This document shows, one piece after another, positions 62,651 to 64,000 of a DNA stretch of 64,000 bases (position 1 is its first letter; every line of letters starts with the position of its first letter). The stretch is from assembly GCA_049508735.1 (NCBI GenBank), contig JBELAO010000025.1, forward strand, positions 8 through 64,007, read 5' to 3'. The notes beneath the pieces are model-generated. The model was not told the DNA's origin and did not search any database. It saw only the letters and a list, made by a program, of their open reading frames with translations. This DNA is from Bryobacteraceae bacterium. Its GTDB lineage: Bacteria > Acidobacteriota > Terriglobia > Bryobacterales > Bryobacteraceae. Made by a program: the position numbers and the translations under genes.

Positions 62651-64000
62651 CTACGGTCGCGGCTCCGATGGCACCGCGCTTTCGTGGTCGTGGATCGGCT
62701 GGCGCTCGTTGTTGTCTTCGGGGCTTCTCATACGGGCCTTTTCTGTGATGGCTTGCGACGATTCATCCGCCTTGAAGCGGCGGAACAGCGTCTCTTCCCG
62801 CGCTGCTCCAGCGTCGTCGTTCAGACCTCGATAACACAGCATCAGCGTGTAATGCATTTGCACGTCTTCCGGATCCACGGCGCACACCTGCTTCAGAGTT
62901 TCGACGGCGGCAGCATACTGGCGTTTGAGGAACTGGATGCGAGCGATCTGGTTGAGCACCACGCGGTCGCGCGGGTATTTCAAGCGCACCGCTTCGAGCG
63001 ATTGGAGCGCGTCATTGTAATCGCCATCGGCGCGCTGCGCCGCGGCTTTGAAGAACCAGATGCGGCCGAGCTGCGAATCGATCGACATCGCTTTTTCGAT
63101 ATATGGCTTGGCGGCGTCGGTTTCGCCTTCCTGAATCAGCGCCCGCGCCACGTTCAGCCAGCCATCGGCATAACCCGGTTCGGCTTCGGTCACTTTTTGA
63201 AACGCATATTCGGCGCCTTTCAAATCGCCTTGCAGAAGCAGGCCGATGCCCCAATCGTTCCAGCGCTCGCGGTCCTGCTTGCGCACGACAGGCGTCCAGG
63301 TGGGCTGGCCCAGAGGCACGGTGGCGTGCGCTTCGGCGAGGGTGACGATGGGAAGATCCGGGATGCGGCCGCGAATGGCGCCGGAGACATTGGACGGGAT
63401 CGAGGTTGGCAGAAACCGATATTCGAGACCGTTGTGATCGAGGCCCAGCAGCGCCGGATCCTGGCCCGGCGCGGGCTGGCCGGCGTAAGAAAACTGCGTG
63501 TAATACCAGGAGAACTTGCGATAATTCAGGCGCGCCGTGAAACTGATGGGACCGCGCGCGTCCTTCGGCACGGTGACGCGGTAGTGAACCGTGTCGGCCG
63601 CGCCGGGTGGAATCAGGTGCACGTAGAGCACGCTGCGCGACTGCCAGGCGTTGCGTTTGTTAATCGGGTTGGCATTGGCATCGAGCTGGTACGACCGGTA
63701 AAAATGCGCGCCCGGATCGACCGGCCCCTTACCGTTATCCGCCACGTTCCCGCTCCAAAAGACGATTCGGCCATCGGCATCGCGGGCTTCGAGCTCCAGC
63801 CACACGTCGAAGGCGTCGACGGTGCCGGCGGGGAAGAAGTGGCCGATCTTCCGGGTTCGGACTACCACGTCCACACGGGCGGTTTTGCCGGGTTCGAGCA
63901 CCGCTCCCGAGGCGTCGATGGGCGCCGCGATCTTGCCCACTTCGCGAATCAGTGCCGGGGCAGACTGTTCGGACTCCTCGCCCACGGCGAAACTCGTGTT
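62651..64000 (-). CDS. TPR-repeat protein, partial (5' end lies beyond the window)
   Basis: The reading frame is open to the window edge. The C-terminal half has TPR-like repeats (…GDLKGAEYAFQKVTEAEPGYADGWLNVARALIQEGETDAAKPYIEKAMSID…). Its last codons and the TAG stop lie in a family B repeat. Confidence 0.8.
   Translation of the reverse strand, partial: NTSFAVGEESEQSAPALIREVGKIAAPIDASGAVLEPGKTARVDVVVRTRKIGHFFPAGTVDAFDVWLELEARDADGRIVFWSGNVADNGKGPVDPGAHFYRSYQLDANANPINKRNAWQSRSVLYVHLIPPGAADTVHYRVTVPKDARGPISFTARLNYRKFSWYYTQFSYAGQPAPGQDPALLGLDHNGLEYRFLPTSIPSNVSGAIRGRIPDLPIVTLAEAHATVPLGQPTWTPVVRKQDRERWNDWGIGLLLQGDLKGAEYAFQKVTEAEPGYADGWLNVARALIQEGETDAAKPYIEKAMSIDSQLGRIWFFKAAAQRADGDYNDALQSLEAVRLKYPRDRVVLNQIARIQFLKRQYAAAVETLKQVCAVDPEDVQMHYTLMLCYRGLNDDAGAAREETLFRRFKADESSQAITEKARMRSPEDNNERQPIHDHESAVPSEPRP

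Overview
High-GC chromosomal segment. By gene content it looks like an Acidobacterium of the Solibacter/Bryobacter type: CarboxypepD_reg-TonB-type receptor, VWA protein of the TIGR03436 type, TIGR03435-like and TIGR03118/TIGR03437-like proteins. This assignment is inferred from recognised protein families, not from a search.

I support about 47 protein-coding genes, mostly housekeeping or envelope functions:
- XerD, a CCA-adding enzyme family protein, and a PilZ protein.
- An M16 peptidase pair followed by LolA-like modules.
- A Ser/Thr kinase-FGE fusion next to a DUF4384 protein.
- Two tandem J-domain paralogs.
- Several secreted proteins.
- KpsF, a DUF481 protein, QueF, and a Kgd-type 2-oxoglutarate dehydrogenase E1.
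- A complete HoxEFUYH-HoxW bidirectional [NiFe]-hydrogenase operon.
- An NtrY/NtrC-like two-component pair.
- ComF plus an HNH protein, and CRTAC1 plus a TPR protein.

I saw no rRNA, tRNA, CRISPR array, transposase or phage genes.

The most unusual points:
1. A lower-GC island at about 46.25-48.27 kb, wedged between sucA and the hox operon. It carries a translationally coupled cassette: an unknown protein with a frame break, then a DUF1828/DUF1829-type protein. This is the best candidate for an uncharacterised accessory system, possibly defence or TA-like.
2. A HoxF diaphorase fused to a GltD/NfnB-like FAD/NADPH module.
3. A dense population of modular REP/MITE-like palindromic repeats. They fill spacers inside operons and in places appear to supply start codons, a signal-peptide n-region and a stop codon.
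4. A roughly 700-bp lower-GC non-coding stretch (25.8-26.5 kb) with a strong terminator and promoter, which may hide an RNA.

Many long ORFs in the supplied track are antisense GC-driven artefacts and were not called.
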